Shown here in pieces: positions 45,308 to 57,069 of a stretch of 64,000 bases of DNA; position 1 is the stretch's first letter; every line of letters begins with the position of its first letter. This stretch comes from Oikopleura dioica. Taxonomy: Eukaryota > Animalia > Chordata. Below the pieces are notes generated by a model. It searched no databases, was not told the origin of the DNA, and saw only the letters and a list, made by a program, of their open reading frames with translations. The position numbers and the translations under genes are program-made. Location: the NCBI GenBank assembly GCA_907165135.1, contig OU015568.1:16131208-16195207 (forward strand), given 5' to 3'.

Positions 45308-48127
45308 ATGAACTTCATGGATTTCGATTTACCTGATCAACTTACGCATTTCTCTTCGTCTCCGTACATGGATGGGCAATGGAGAGATCTTATTTTACTT
45401 GAAGTAAAAGCGAAGGATTGGCAGAAAGTCAAAAACAGAATACTGAACAATCCACCACCTTTAATTCTTCCATTCGAAAAGTCTTCTCCGACGACAACTT
45501 TGAGGAAACAAACAATGGAGTCTTTTCAAACCTTAGAAAGCCGCATTCTTCCAACTCTTGCAAACGATAAAAATGCACAGATTTACACAACTTATCCTGA
45601 GAACGCTCCACTACTTACTGCGGGAGATGTTGCGCCGAATCCTCGATCATACAAAGCGAATCCTGAATATTTTGATGCTGATTACATTTCAGTTGACAGT
45701 TTGCTTGGAGATGTAAATTTTACAAATCCTTCGGGTGCTCTTGCCGCACTTGAATTTACGTTTTCTATCCTGGACATTGATTACAGAGTCGTACAAGATC
45801 CTCAGACAGGCGTTCAATCTACAAAGCTCGTTTCAAGAGCGTTTCGACTAATCAATCCAAACATTTCGGAAGTTATGTATCGAAATCGATTTGCTAACGA
45901 CTCAGCAGTCTTTGATCAAGAAGAATTCGTTTTAAACAATTTCGATGACGAAGTTGATTTAACGGTAGAGTTGACAACGTTACTTGGGGCCTTCTCTTGC
46001 GAAAGCTATAATTTTTCGAAAAAATTTCTTGCAGATGCCGCTTCATTATCAAAAGAATCGCAAAAAATTGTTCCGCCGCCCGTTGAGACAACTCAAACGA
46101 ATCCTGAAGTAAATAACGCCAATGAAGATGAATTTGCCAAGCCTCGCAAAAGTGAAAGAATTCGAAATCAGAAATTGAACACAATTCCGAAGTGCGACGA
46201 TGATGAAGAATTCGAATATATGACAGTACCACTAGAAAAGCGCGTCTACAATTTTGATGCTAACAACTTTCGTATGCGCAGCAAGTTTTTTAATCAGACA
46301 GATCTTTTTAAATATTTGACGCTCTTGGGGAAAACGATCTATTACATGGCGCCCTACTACAAACACTGCCCGCTTCTCTTGGCCAATGATGCTTCAAGTC
46401 TGGACCTGGAGAAAAAAATCCCTCAAGCGCTTCTATCTGACTGGCGAATTGGAAATGTTTCTAAGAAGAAAGTGCGATCCGGAGATAATACAACCAGTTT
46501 TGCTTCATCTTTTGGACCTCAAACTTGTGAAGGAAACATTAGCCTGGCGAAGAGCAAGCTGTTTAATCAAGATGTTTTCCGGATTTTTTGTTTAAAAAAT
46601 CAAACTGACAATAGCGCAGTGCAGTTGCTTATGTCGATAAAAAAGTATTTCAACGACTTCGCTCAGGAGCTCTTTTTACAGGCTCAACAAGCTATCCTTT
46701 TTTCGCCGAGAGAAGTCGAAGAGTTATCAACTTGGAAAAACGGCGCTAGGGAAACTTTACAACAACGTCGAACTCGATTTCGATTGATGCGACTACATTT
46801 ACGATCAAGAAAACAGCTCCTTCTCCATCAAAAACGCCAGATCAAGAGTTTATTGACAAAGTTGCGCATTCTCTATACAGATTTCTGCACTGATTGTCCG
46901 TCTCAGCTCGACAAAAAGTTTCCGACTAAACTAAAATGTTCGTATGAAGATCAACAGTTTCTACAAGCAACTTTTATTCATCAATTTGAAGAAAGAAATA
47001 TCCCAAGCGATGCATTAACTTGTAGCCGATGTTCAAGCCGCTTGAATAATCCATTTTATCGAATTCGTCTCTTTCAAAATTTTGAAAGCACTGTCTCGAG
47101 CACATACTTGCACCACAAACAAGTACAAATGGCGGAAGTTATGAATTTCATGGAACTTGCGTTTAATTTGTGCCCCGACACATTCCTAATTTTTGGTATT
47201 GATCGATTCGACATGAACAGTAAAAAAGGTAATTCATTGATTTACTAGGAGATTATAATTACTAATTATTCTTAGCCGTTGAAAACCCGGACGACTTACA
47301 AACAACTCATCAAGAAGAAGACGTCGCTCTCACTGACGCCTTTATTGTAAGATCGTGCACCATCTAGTATTCTAACGTATAAATTAGCTTCCCTCGAATG
47401 AAATTCGTCAGCAGAATCGAGAGCGGTTGCAAAATGAGCACTCAGGTAATTTACATTTAAGAATTATAGAAGCTTAATGATTATTGTAGCCGGCGCCGGA
47501 TCAGCAAGAGAAGACGTACAACAACTCTCCCGAATTGACGACGACGTTTCAGGACGAGTTGCTGTCAACAAGTTCAGAGGAACCTCGCACGCCAAGCCCG
47601 ATACACTTCCCACCAATCGAATCGTTGGTCTCGAAGAAACCTACAGAGACGCAAACGGACCAGGTTGTCCCCGATTTGGAGTCAGCCAGCCTTCTAAGAC
47701 ACAAGAATCCGGGCACGCTCATTCATACGATAGGCCCGTGTACCGTCAATTACCACACGACACCAGCCGTCGACCAGAATCAATCGTATTGGGCTCACCC
47801 CAATCCACCGGCACAATGGGCGCCTCAAGCATGTACAACTCCTTGGAGACCGCCGCAGAACCTCTCTCCAGAAGAATTACAGTCGACGATGTCGTTTCCT
47901 ATATCAGGGAAATCGTTGATCCACTTGAGCGCATCCGGGCGGCTCTTGCGGATCGAACCTCTGTGCAACTGCTGCCAGCTGCCCTGGATGTCTTCAACGA
48001 GCTCCGCGTCCCATCATCAACCGCCCCCACAAGCGCATTCTCAACCGCCGTCTCCGTGTCAGCCGGCGAGTCCAACTCAGCTACCTCAAGCAACCGACCT
48101 TCGCATCCATCGACGCGTCAATTTTGA
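45308..48127 (+). CDS. Large orphan protein with two CxxC pairs; spliced 3' exons
   Basis: Long exon to 47229 with FCTDC...LTCSRC and RKSERIRNQK. In-frame introns lead to the 47490-48127 exon. Confidence 0.6.
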
Positions 48128-48173
48128 TGAACCGTCCAAGAAAAAATCCAGAGGCGCTATCAACAAACGCTAA
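47398..48173 (+). CDS. Overlapping alternative-frame gene sharing intron 47446-47489
   Basis: ATG at 47398 or 47434 (MSTQ|PAPDQQ...) reads a second frame to 48173 with no stop and contains RRVNF near the end. Confidence 0.5.
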
Positions 48174-48363
48174 AAAGGTAGTTTTTCAAGTAAAAAAACA
48201 TCTAACAAAAATTTTAGCTTTCAATCTTTGCCACTTCCAGCGACACCGATCTCCCGAGCTACAATTTAAATGTTTCCTGTTAAATGTTTCATGTTCTTTC
48301 TTTACTTTTTTGTGCTATTTTCAAAATAAATCAAAGTTTTTTAACCACTTTTTAATTGTGTTT

Positions 48364-49307
48364 TTATTTAAAAAGCCAGGCAGTAGGGTATTGTTTTAGA
48401 ACTATTTGAAAGGCAAGTAAACGGTGAACTCTAACATTACTTTCTGAAAAAACATCTCTTGTATGATAAGTGTTTGTTAATAATTGTGCGCCAAACTCTT
48501 TCGGGTTAAGTTCAGCGCAGAGATCATCGAGGTCTTTTTGATTACGAATGAATTCAGTAATCGTTACAGATCCCCAACCGTTCGGATAGGCTATTTGCGT
48601 TTGAGTTACAGTTTCTGGCTCGCCTGTTTTATAATTGTAGACAGTAGCAGTAGACTTAGTACTATAAAAGGCGTCTACGCTTATACGAAGTAATCCAGAA
48701 AAAACGCTTACTAAATTACGGATAAGTTTGACAATATCACGATTATTTAATACAGTGATAACATATCTATTGCACAAGTCCTTCCATCTTCCCATGCTGT
48801 CGGCGCCAGGATTGAGTGGATAATGTTGCCATCCCTGCTCTAAAAATCGGTAAAATAAACATCAACTGAACAATAATTACTGATAAGATGTCTGACTGGC
48901 GCTCGTATAGGATGGTCTTTTCCAATAAGAGCGTCAAGTTCTTCGGGTTCAAAATAATCATCAGTTGGAAAAATAGGCGGAACAAGTCGTCGCAGTTGAT
49001 TTTGCTCATGAATAACGTTTGGTTTTAGAGCTTCCTCAGAAAAATTAAAATCTTCTTGAATTCTCGCTTTAGGGTAAAACCATTGAATTTGTTCTGGCGT
49101 TAATGCGTATTCTGAGCGCTGAGCTTTAAAAGCTGCCATGAAATCTTCCAGGGGCTCTCCAGAACGAGGAGGATTGTTTTCCATTCCAGCGTAGTACCTT
49201 CGTTTTGTTCTTCGTATTTGAGCCGCTGTAGCAAAAACATCTTCCACATAATTTTCAACTGCGTCATTAATCACACTCGATTCAACATTTAAACTGTCTG
49301 CATCCAT
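48364..49307 (-). CDS. Spliced orphan gene immediately downstream of pPolB (~300 aa)
   Basis: Two same-strand ORFs joined by a short AT-rich intron near 48840-48885. ATG preceded by TTTAG. Confidence 0.6.
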
Positions 49308-49360
49308 TCTAAATATTTATCTCATCAAGTTTTTTAGCCAGTGTAAAAATTGAAATAAAA

Positions 49361-52300
49361 TTAATAATATGTTCCGTCAGCTTTTTTCAAGGCATAAGTA
49401 CGAATCTTGTCTTTATCAATTATGCGCTTTTTCAGAGCGCCGTTTATAACTCGCTTCGAAAGAACTTTCGTTTTGATTTGCTTGTTTACTTGATCGAACA
49501 TAAACAAGGGCATATTTTTCACAACGCTATCTTCCATGTTGTCCGAAAACAGGGCCGCAAGATAATCCAAGTAACGAAGTTTAATTTTTTTTGCGCAACC
49601 TTTGGCGGATCGCTTGACATTTGTTTCATTTAAAACGGCTTGATTATATTCCTCTAGCACTTCAAACACTCGATGACGATTTTCAGGAGCTACGATTGCT
49701 TCATCTATTCTATTGGGCTCGCATTCGGTCATTATATAGCATTTAGCGCTGAGCGCTATAAACCATCCACTCTTAAGTTTCGCCTCTACTTTTAAAAGAC
49801 CTGGTTCTTTCTGGGAAGCTGGAGTGTCTGTAGCAAACCACTTCGGCTTTATTTTCGTTTCCCATTCATCTTTCAACGAAGCTTTGACACATTCATCCAA
49901 CGTTTCTTCTCCCAATGCGAGAACAAATGAATCTGTATCGCAATAACATATTTGAACCATCCCCTCTTCCATGTATTCATCAAGAACATCGCGAAATTTG
50001 AAAAATAGTAGCTTACTGTTTTGATAAACAAAGAGCTGAACTTGAAGAGCGGTACTATGGTTGACCACCTTTTTACTAAATGTAGCTTCATGAAGTGGAT
50101 CGCATTTCGTCTTTTCGGCCTGGAGAGTAGACAGCGATTTTAGTCGAGGATTTCGAAGCGCTGTATACAAATCGCTTGATGATAAGATTCGTGTTTTTAG
50201 AAACTTAGATCGATTAATTGCAAAGTAACCCACCGCTGAGTTGAGAATAAATTTTATCCAGTTTTGACCTGCTTGATCCCCTTTTGCTGCCGCCTTCACT
50301 CGATCAGCGACAAGATCGTTCACGAAATTCTCAAAAGGTTTACCTCGGTAATAGGACAGAAAATATTTGACTCTGTACTCAATCCCCATTTTTGCATAAT
50401 AATGAAGCATCTGCGAAGAAATAAAGTAATTGTCCACGTTAAAACAAAATACGTTTTCCTCACAAGGAAACATTCGTTTTTTCTGATTATCTGAGAGAGT
50501 TTCGTTTAAATCACCTTGTAAATCTTCCCGATAAATCTTCTTACGAGCAAAAATAGGCGGCATATACTTATATTTTTCAATGACTGATCGAGGTGAACGT
50601 AGATCCACCATTGCAAATCCGAAAAACTTACTTTCACCATTTTCATCTTCTTCGAGAACCAGTTTTTTAAATTCGGCTTCAGTAACACCTTCTTGACCAG
50701 AAGCCAATCCTGAGGGGTTTTTCGCACCCTTGAATAAAAATGGGTAGGATTTAGAATAAGGGCTTTTATTAGTCGACTCCAAAATTTTCCACTCTCTTTT
50801 CCACTCGCAAGCCATTATGATTGTAATACAGTGAGGAAAATTCTGAGGTCCTTCTGTTTCTTCCCATTCACTACCGTTCCAGTGTTTAAGAGGTTTTCCC
50901 CAATTTTCAATACCGTCCATTTTGCGAACATCCTCAATAATCTTCTGCATCCTTGAATCTTCTTTTTTCAGTAAGCCGTCTTTCGTAAAGGGGATGTAAA
51001 TTTTTGTGCCGGTCGCAGGATCGGTAAGTTCTTTTTTCTCTGCACGACTTGGTTTTATTTTGCATTTCTGGTTTGTACAGGGATGAAACGCGCATCCTCG
51101 GTACTCAAAAAAATATCGCTTTTTGATCAGTCGTATTGGCGAATTTTCTTCATCATTCGATTGAATTAAGATGTGTTCATCTTTACTCTCCGCATAGCCG
51201 TCAATATAATAATTACCAATTTTCTTTTCTTCCAAATTATACGAATGCTCAATCGATCCATTAAAAGAAAACTCATCCGACCAATTTAAGTATTCCAACC
51301 ATCGAATAGACTCCAGTGAAGTATTTTGACGCTGATGAAACATTCCCTTGCTAAAAAATCGCTCCTCATCGGCATAACACAACGAGGAAGAATAGCCCAT
51401 TTTCTGTAGAGTGTATTTTATACCCGGCCCGCAAGGAAGATCCCCTCGAAAAGACTGTGGATATAAACTGTTAAAATCGTAAGTTATAACAGCTTTAATT
51501 ATTTTTCCAAGTCTCGTTTTCCATGCAAATTCAGGAATAGCAGGATTTGGCCCATTCAAATACACCGCTCTATGAAGAACTTGAACGATCCCTCCTGTAA
51601 GATTATTCCGCATGTCTCGCAGTAATTCTGGAAAGGCAGGAGAGATGGAGTAAATTGGCGGACATTTTCTATCATATTTCAAGAAGGCGATTTTATGAGC
51701 AAGTTGAGAAATGCTTAATTCGGAATGAATGCCTAATCCAAATCGTCGTTGATTTGATAAAGCAAATGAAGAAATGGACCCCTGCAAAAGCACACAGTCG
51801 TTGTAATTATAATCAATAAGAAAATCCAACATCGTGATCGGCTTTTCATTTGTACTCTTTTCTTCAAGCGCGTACCATCGATCAACAGAAGCCCTGTACA
51901 TTTTCGGTGAAAAACGGAAAAAAGCGCAAGTGGCTTCGTCGTCTGCGTCCAGATGCCAGCGATTTTTATCGTCGCTCCAAGAAATAAACTTGTCAATCTT
52001 AGTTGTCCATTTAACATAAAGATCAATAGTATCGCGGTCTTGTAAAAAACTTTCACCAGCAGAAGATTCATCAACAGGAGGAAGATTATCATAATGACCA
52101 TTTGCGACAGGATCGTCGAAAATATGCGTCAATTTCAAGAACCGACATATTTGGCTCGCAAGTTCTTTTCGCTCGTTTTTCCACTTACCTTCTTGGATCT
52201 TAGTCGCAATAATGTTGTCCATTTCAATAACGTATTCATTCGTTGCAACAGACATAGTAGAATAAAAACAAGGGTACGCTGGGAGTTCTTTTGCTTTCCT

Positions 52301-54811
52301 TATTTGGTCAAGTTTGTTGTACCATTCATAACAAAATGAGCCTTTTGCAAAAAGTTCTTCATCAAGACCACACGATCTTGCGAGCTTTTCCAGCGCCATC
52401 GGACAAGTGTAATTTTTGAAATCTCGAAAACTGAGATTGAGCGCTTCCAAAACCATATATCCAGTTGCTCGTTTTATGAAGCTAATGAGCTTCGTATTTC
52501 CGCCAACAAAGAAGAATAAAACAGAAACCAGGGTTGGGAAAAGAACTACCATGTCGTATCGTTCGCCGACCCAAGAATAAATTTTCAACTTGTAAAAGTC
52601 TTTCAGATATTTGAGTTTTTTACGATACGCAGCCAACAGATAAGGATTACTACCTTGTCCAGCTTCTTTTTTCTTATTTTCATCCTCAATAAGTTTCTCA
52701 TAATGTTGAACGCCTTGAAATATGCAACTAGGAATCTTGCTTTCCATTTTCTTCTGAAGAGTAAGAAGATAATTAATGAGCTCAGTGATCATTATTAAAG
52801 TTCCCTCGACTTCATCCGTTTTACGAACGAAGCACTCTCGCTCACCGCTACTAGTGATAGTCGCCAAAGTAGCCAATTTATGAAATTTTTCTCCAGTTGA
52901 AAAACCGTTACAGTTCATTGTGCACTCAATATCGTAAACGACGAAATATTCTTGCACATAGTCGAACGCTGGCAGGTACTCTTCAGCAACTAGCTCGTGC
53001 ACATGATCCATAATCCGATGAGATTCGACAGTCTGATTTATAATATCAATAGTGTCAAGATTGCAGGATGCTTCATGCTTCTTCATTTTTCTTTTATTGG
53101 CGTGAGTATACAAACAATTAGGGGTTTTACACTTAGGAAGCTCTATAACCATTCGATCAGGTAAAATTCGAACAAGTGTTTGGTCGTTGAAAACGTTCGG
53201 TATCAGCGTAAGAACGTTACGTACTGGCATATATTCAGCATAAAGTGACGATTCAACACTATCGTTCGTATTTTGCAACGGTGAAATTGCATCAGTATTA
53301 TCGTCGGAAGAAGCAGATTCCAGCGGAGCCTCCGGCAACAAATCATCATCATCCTGATAAAGCAAATCATCATTCGACCGTAGTTCTGACGAACTCTCCT
53401 CGTTGTTTTTTGATACAGTGCATTGATTTTCGACGAATGGGTTTATTTCACGACTTTTTTCAGTACTCGCATTCTCGGTCAATTTATCGAAATCAACAAA
53501 TGATAAATCGTCATCATTCGTTTCTGCAGCAGTTGTTCCTAAAAGTTCTTGCATGTCCTCTTCGTCGCTCTGCAATACTTCTGTGGCGTCGTGTAGATTA
53601 TGTTTATGATTTTTTGTCCACCGTAGAATTTGAGCAGTCTTTTTTCTGCTTAAAAATCGTGAACATTTACTGTAACGCCGCTGATAATCCTTATTCGCCG
53701 CGTAAAGCGGTAACAATCCAGGATAATTATCGAACTCTCTGTAGGTAAGATTCGTCAGTCGTTTAAATTCTCTTGCAAACTCATCTTCTTGCATAGGAGC
53801 AGCCAAAATATTCATATTTACGCAATCTGAAGTTCCCATCGCCGCGTAAACACAGCGCTTCAGATTGACATTGTCGTTTATGATTTTACCGACGAAAAGT
53901 CGAATATTGACTTTGTATTTGTTCCTTATTTTTTGAAAAATACCATCTGCAATCGAAAATTGTTTGTCGGCGTGCGCTTCCCCAAACAGCTCTTTTTTTA
54001 TCTCCGCAATTTTGAGATTATATTCGCAAGAAGGTAATTTAGGCCATCGAACTTTGACCAGTGCGTTCCAAATACTTACCCAGTTTTTATCACGATCCTC
54101 GAAAGTGCGCCTAGTAGGCAAAAGATGAAATGTTCCAAGACGCCAAAAGTAGGGACGCGCGCTTTGAAGAACGACACAAGGTCGAGTTGACATTGGATTC
54201 GCAGACTCTAATCTGCCAATGACCTCTCCAACATTTTCGCGACATCCAACTCGATGCGGTCGATAACTAATACCAAGAGGACGAAAATAGCCACCATACA
54301 ACGCATAAATATCAATGTCCAAAAATCGTTCTAGTTTCGGTAAATCTGCTCTTGTTGGCGACAAACCAAACTTTTTAACCAGTTCACTTGTATCTACTTT
54401 TGAAAGCGATTCCCTTAGTTCTTGATTTAATTTTGTTGGAACTTTTGGATAAATCTGTTTCAAATAGTTCCACCAGTTAATTCCCAGCAGAATTGTATCG
54501 TAGACATTCGACTGATTTCGCTCATCTTCCGGATTTGCGGGAGAATACTCATCGCTGGAAATACTCAAAGTGCGAGTTCGGCTCTCATCTTGCTCGTTGT
54601 TGTCATCAGAATCTTCATCGCTTTCCAATGGATCGGGCCTCTGGCGAGGTATTTTTACCACTTCTTCGGATTCACTTTCATAATTTTCTCCTGCAAAGAA
54701 AGCACTTTCTGCAGATTTTTGATTATTTGCTGATGCTAATAAATGTCTTCGTTTTTTTTGGTAGTTAGTTTTTGATAAGCCTTTTGCTCTATTAGGCAAA
54801 AAACGCTTCAT
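49361..54811 (-). CDS. polB: Protein-primed family B DNA polymerase (1816 aa, intronless)
   Basis: Exo motifs YDIEC, RYD and YNYNDC. Pol motifs YDFNSLYP, KFILNSAVG and YCDTDS. NLTGG TPR-type region, inserted endonuclease-like segment (IDGY...EYRGCAFH) and a C2HC finger. TATATAA ~35 nt upstream of ATG 54811. Confidence 0.95.
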   Translation of the reverse strand: MKRFLPNRAKGLSKTNYQKKRRHLLASANNQKSAESAFFAGENYESESEEVVKIPRQRPDPLESDEDSDDNNEQDESRTRTLSISSDEYSPANPEDERNQSNVYDTILLGINWWNYLKQIYPKVPTKLNQELRESLSKVDTSELVKKFGLSPTRADLPKLERFLDIDIYALYGGYFRPLGISYRPHRVGCRENVGEVIGRLESANPMSTRPCVVLQSARPYFWRLGTFHLLPTRRTFEDRDKNWVSIWNALVKVRWPKLPSCEYNLKIAEIKKELFGEAHADKQFSIADGIFQKIRNKYKVNIRLFVGKIINDNVNLKRCVYAAMGTSDCVNMNILAAPMQEDEFAREFKRLTNLTYREFDNYPGLLPLYAANKDYQRRYSKCSRFLSRKKTAQILRWTKNHKHNLHDATEVLQSDEEDMQELLGTTAAETNDDDLSFVDFDKLTENASTEKSREINPFVENQCTVSKNNEESSSELRSNDDLLYQDDDDLLPEAPLESASSDDNTDAISPLQNTNDSVESSLYAEYMPVRNVLTLIPNVFNDQTLVRILPDRMVIELPKCKTPNCLYTHANKRKMKKHEASCNLDTIDIINQTVESHRIMDHVHELVAEEYLPAFDYVQEYFVVYDIECTMNCNGFSTGEKFHKLATLATITSSGERECFVRKTDEVEGTLIMITELINYLLTLQKKMESKIPSCIFQGVQHYEKLIEDENKKKEAGQGSNPYLLAAYRKKLKYLKDFYKLKIYSWVGERYDMVVLFPTLVSVLFFFVGGNTKLISFIKRATGYMVLEALNLSFRDFKNYTCPMALEKLARSCGLDEELFAKGSFCYEWYNKLDQIRKAKELPAYPCFYSTMSVATNEYVIEMDNIIATKIQEGKWKNERKELASQICRFLKLTHIFDDPVANGHYDNLPPVDESSAGESFLQDRDTIDLYVKWTTKIDKFISWSDDKNRWHLDADDEATCAFFRFSPKMYRASVDRWYALEEKSTNEKPITMLDFLIDYNYNDCVLLQGSISSFALSNQRRFGLGIHSELSISQLAHKIAFLKYDRKCPPIYSISPAFPELLRDMRNNLTGGIVQVLHRAVYLNGPNPAIPEFAWKTRLGKIIKAVITYDFNSLYPQSFRGDLPCGPGIKYTLQKMGYSSSLCYADEERFFSKGMFHQRQNTSLESIRWLEYLNWSDEFSFNGSIEHSYNLEEKKIGNYYIDGYAESKDEHILIQSNDEENSPIRLIKKRYFFEYRGCAFHPCTNQKCKIKPSRAEKKELTDPATGTKIYIPFTKDGLLKKEDSRMQKIIEDVRKMDGIENWGKPLKHWNGSEWEETEGPQNFPHCITIIMACEWKREWKILESTNKSPYSKSYPFLFKGAKNPSGLASGQEGVTEAEFKKLVLEEDENGESKFFGFAMVDLRSPRSVIEKYKYMPPIFARKKIYREDLQGDLNETLSDNQKKRMFPCEENVFCFNVDNYFISSQMLHYYAKMGIEYRVKYFLSYYRGKPFENFVNDLVADRVKAAAKGDQAGQNWIKFILNSAVGYFAINRSKFLKTRILSSSDLYTALRNPRLKSLSTLQAEKTKCDPLHEATFSKKVVNHSTALQVQLFVYQNSKLLFFKFRDVLDEYMEEGMVQICYCDTDSFVLALGEETLDECVKASLKDEWETKIKPKWFATDTPASQKEPGLLKVEAKLKSGWFIALSAKCYIMTECEPNRIDEAIVAPENRHRVFEVLEEYNQAVLNETNVKRSAKGCAKKIKLRYLDYLAALFSDNMEDSVVKNMPLFMFDQVNKQIKTKVLSKRVINGALKKRIIDKDKIRTYALKKADGTYY

Positions 54812-54919
54812 AAAAAAGTTAACACAAGATTTATTCACAGCTAGCGTTATATATAAAAAAATTGTCAGCAGAGAGTAACACGTTCAAGTACGCCATTCGC
54901 AGCGCTGTCAGTGGAGTCG

Positions 54920-56814
54920 CTAACGCGACAGTTTAGCTCGTTTGGCTGGCGATCGTCCGATTTGTTCCGTATTGTCCAGATGTATTGAAGGAGTTTGATT
55001 GTCTGGCGTTGCCTTGCACATCACAGTCGATCTTGAAATGACGGAAGCTTCTAAAATTTTTTTAATACAGTAATTTTAACTTTTAAAACTAACCATTTCT
55101 TGACGCATCTAAAACTAGATTATCCACCGGAAATCGCATGATGAACGGAGCCCAGCCCTTTTTTAAAGCAGTCCTGAACGTTATTCGGATTTGCACTGTT
55201 CCCATCATATCTCGACGATCGCCAAAATAAATGGGAACAAACCAGTTTTGATTACAAAACTGAAAAAAATCAAGGCCTTCCCCCACAGTTTTATTTGCAT
55301 AGCGTCCGTTATGTCGAAGAAAATTAAGATAGTGATCTTGAGCAGAATTCCAGGGAGTACCGTGAGCGTGCTCGTTATCAACTAAGATTTCAAACTGCTC
55401 AATTTCAAATCCCTCCTCAAAAAGGGATGTTTTTGTAATACATCTGTCAAATGAAGGAGTTTTACGCTCCTCGCTCATTCCCGTAAATATCAACATATCC
55501 GGAAATAAGCCTCGAGAACATTCAACGATATATGTTCGATACCCTGGGGCCCATGTTCCAACGCACAATCGGGGGTGATAAAAGGGAATTTTAGCCTGTT
55601 TCTTACCAATCATCAAAGGTCGCTCATCCTTCGTTGGAGTGCAGAAAACACTTTCAAATTGAAGATGTCTAAGCATATCCGTAGTTAACGAAAAGTTAAT
55701 TGCGCTCTTCTTCCAAAATATTACATATTTGGTTTCACCGTCAATGACTCTATCGTACTTTGGAACTCTTCGATAGATCTTGTGAGCTCTCCAGGTTCCT
55801 GCAACTGCCGTTATGTTGTTTTCTTTGTCTTCAGGCGTACCTTTGTCGTAGAGCTCCTTTCGTTTATTTTCAGGTAAGTAAGGACCGCCGATACTTTCAA
55901 TTTGAAGATATTCAGGAGGTTGACCTTCTTCTGGGCTTTTAAACTTATCATCCGAACAGTCGCAAGAAGCTTCTGTTAAATGTTCGACCCATTCACTCAC
56001 TAGTTGAATGTCCTTATTAAAAGGATAATTCATTTTGGTACTAATGACGTTTCCTTTAACATCTGTCTCGTAAATATTGCTCTGTAAAGTCCTGAACTTT
56101 TGGTATTCGCTCCATTTCATTGCCATTCGCCGAGGAGTCTCCGATTTATCTTGATCCACGCTAGTTTGAGTAAGGAGCTCAAATTTAACTCGTGAGTCTG
56201 CAGGTAAAACTCGTTGTTGTCTCGCCAATCCGTGGCTAATTGGCGATCGAACAAGGTACCGATGATACAGCATTTCACATTTAACAGCTTTCTCGTCTTT
56301 TGAGATTTTAATGGACGTCTCCATTTCTTTCCACTCTTCCATCGCGTATTGTTGCCGATTTTCAACAAGATTGTAACCATTATGCTTGCACGTTAGAGTA
56401 AGCAATTCGTCAGCATCCGCATCGTAAGAATCGTAATGCCCCTCTGGAAATAATTCCACTTCCTGAGCTTTTGGCGAGTAGTTGAGTTTTTATAAAATTG
56501 TTGAAAAACAAGTATTCCAATCCATTTGTCCAAGTTGAAAAGATGCATTCATCCAAAATATAGAAATTCAATTTATCTATTATTTTCGACGCAAAACTGT
56601 TATCAGGAACAAAGTTAGAAGGCATTTTTAGTTGAAATAAAATCGCACATCTGTCCAATTTGATTGGCAATTTATCAGGAGGCATAGCAAATGTTATTTT
56701 TCCGTTACCAGTCGAGAAGTCGCCCAAAGTGTGAAGCACTTTATATCCAGCGTAGGGATCTGGATTCTTCTTAGGCTTCTTGTAATAAAGTAGGTTTCCA
56801 AAATTTTCTTCCAT
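54920..56814 (-). CDS. Major capsid protein (Polinton-type double jelly-roll), with one frameshift near 56480 and one intron (55051-55093)
   Basis: PDNSFASKIIDKLNF, LNYSPKAQEVELFPEGHYD, VLPADSRVKFEL and GLFPDMLIF...FEILVDN resemble Polinton capsid motifs in the expected order. The last exon ends SPAKRAKLSR. Confidence 0.75.
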
Positions 56815-57069
56815 AGTTGAACACTAAAATTTTATTACAACAAATAGTGAACAAAGATTCCTAGCCAAAAAGATCGCTTAGTTTATGTTTAGTAAGCAAT
56901 TGTATCATAATCCCTAATTTTAACGATAAAATGTTTATGTGAGCATAAATGAACGCAACTAAAAGAAGTTGAGTAAAAAAAATAGCGAATAAAATAATAA
57001 AAAAAATAGTTTTTTTCAGTGTTGATATGTTGCAATGCGAGCATGGTGCGCATTTTGACGAGAAGTTGT

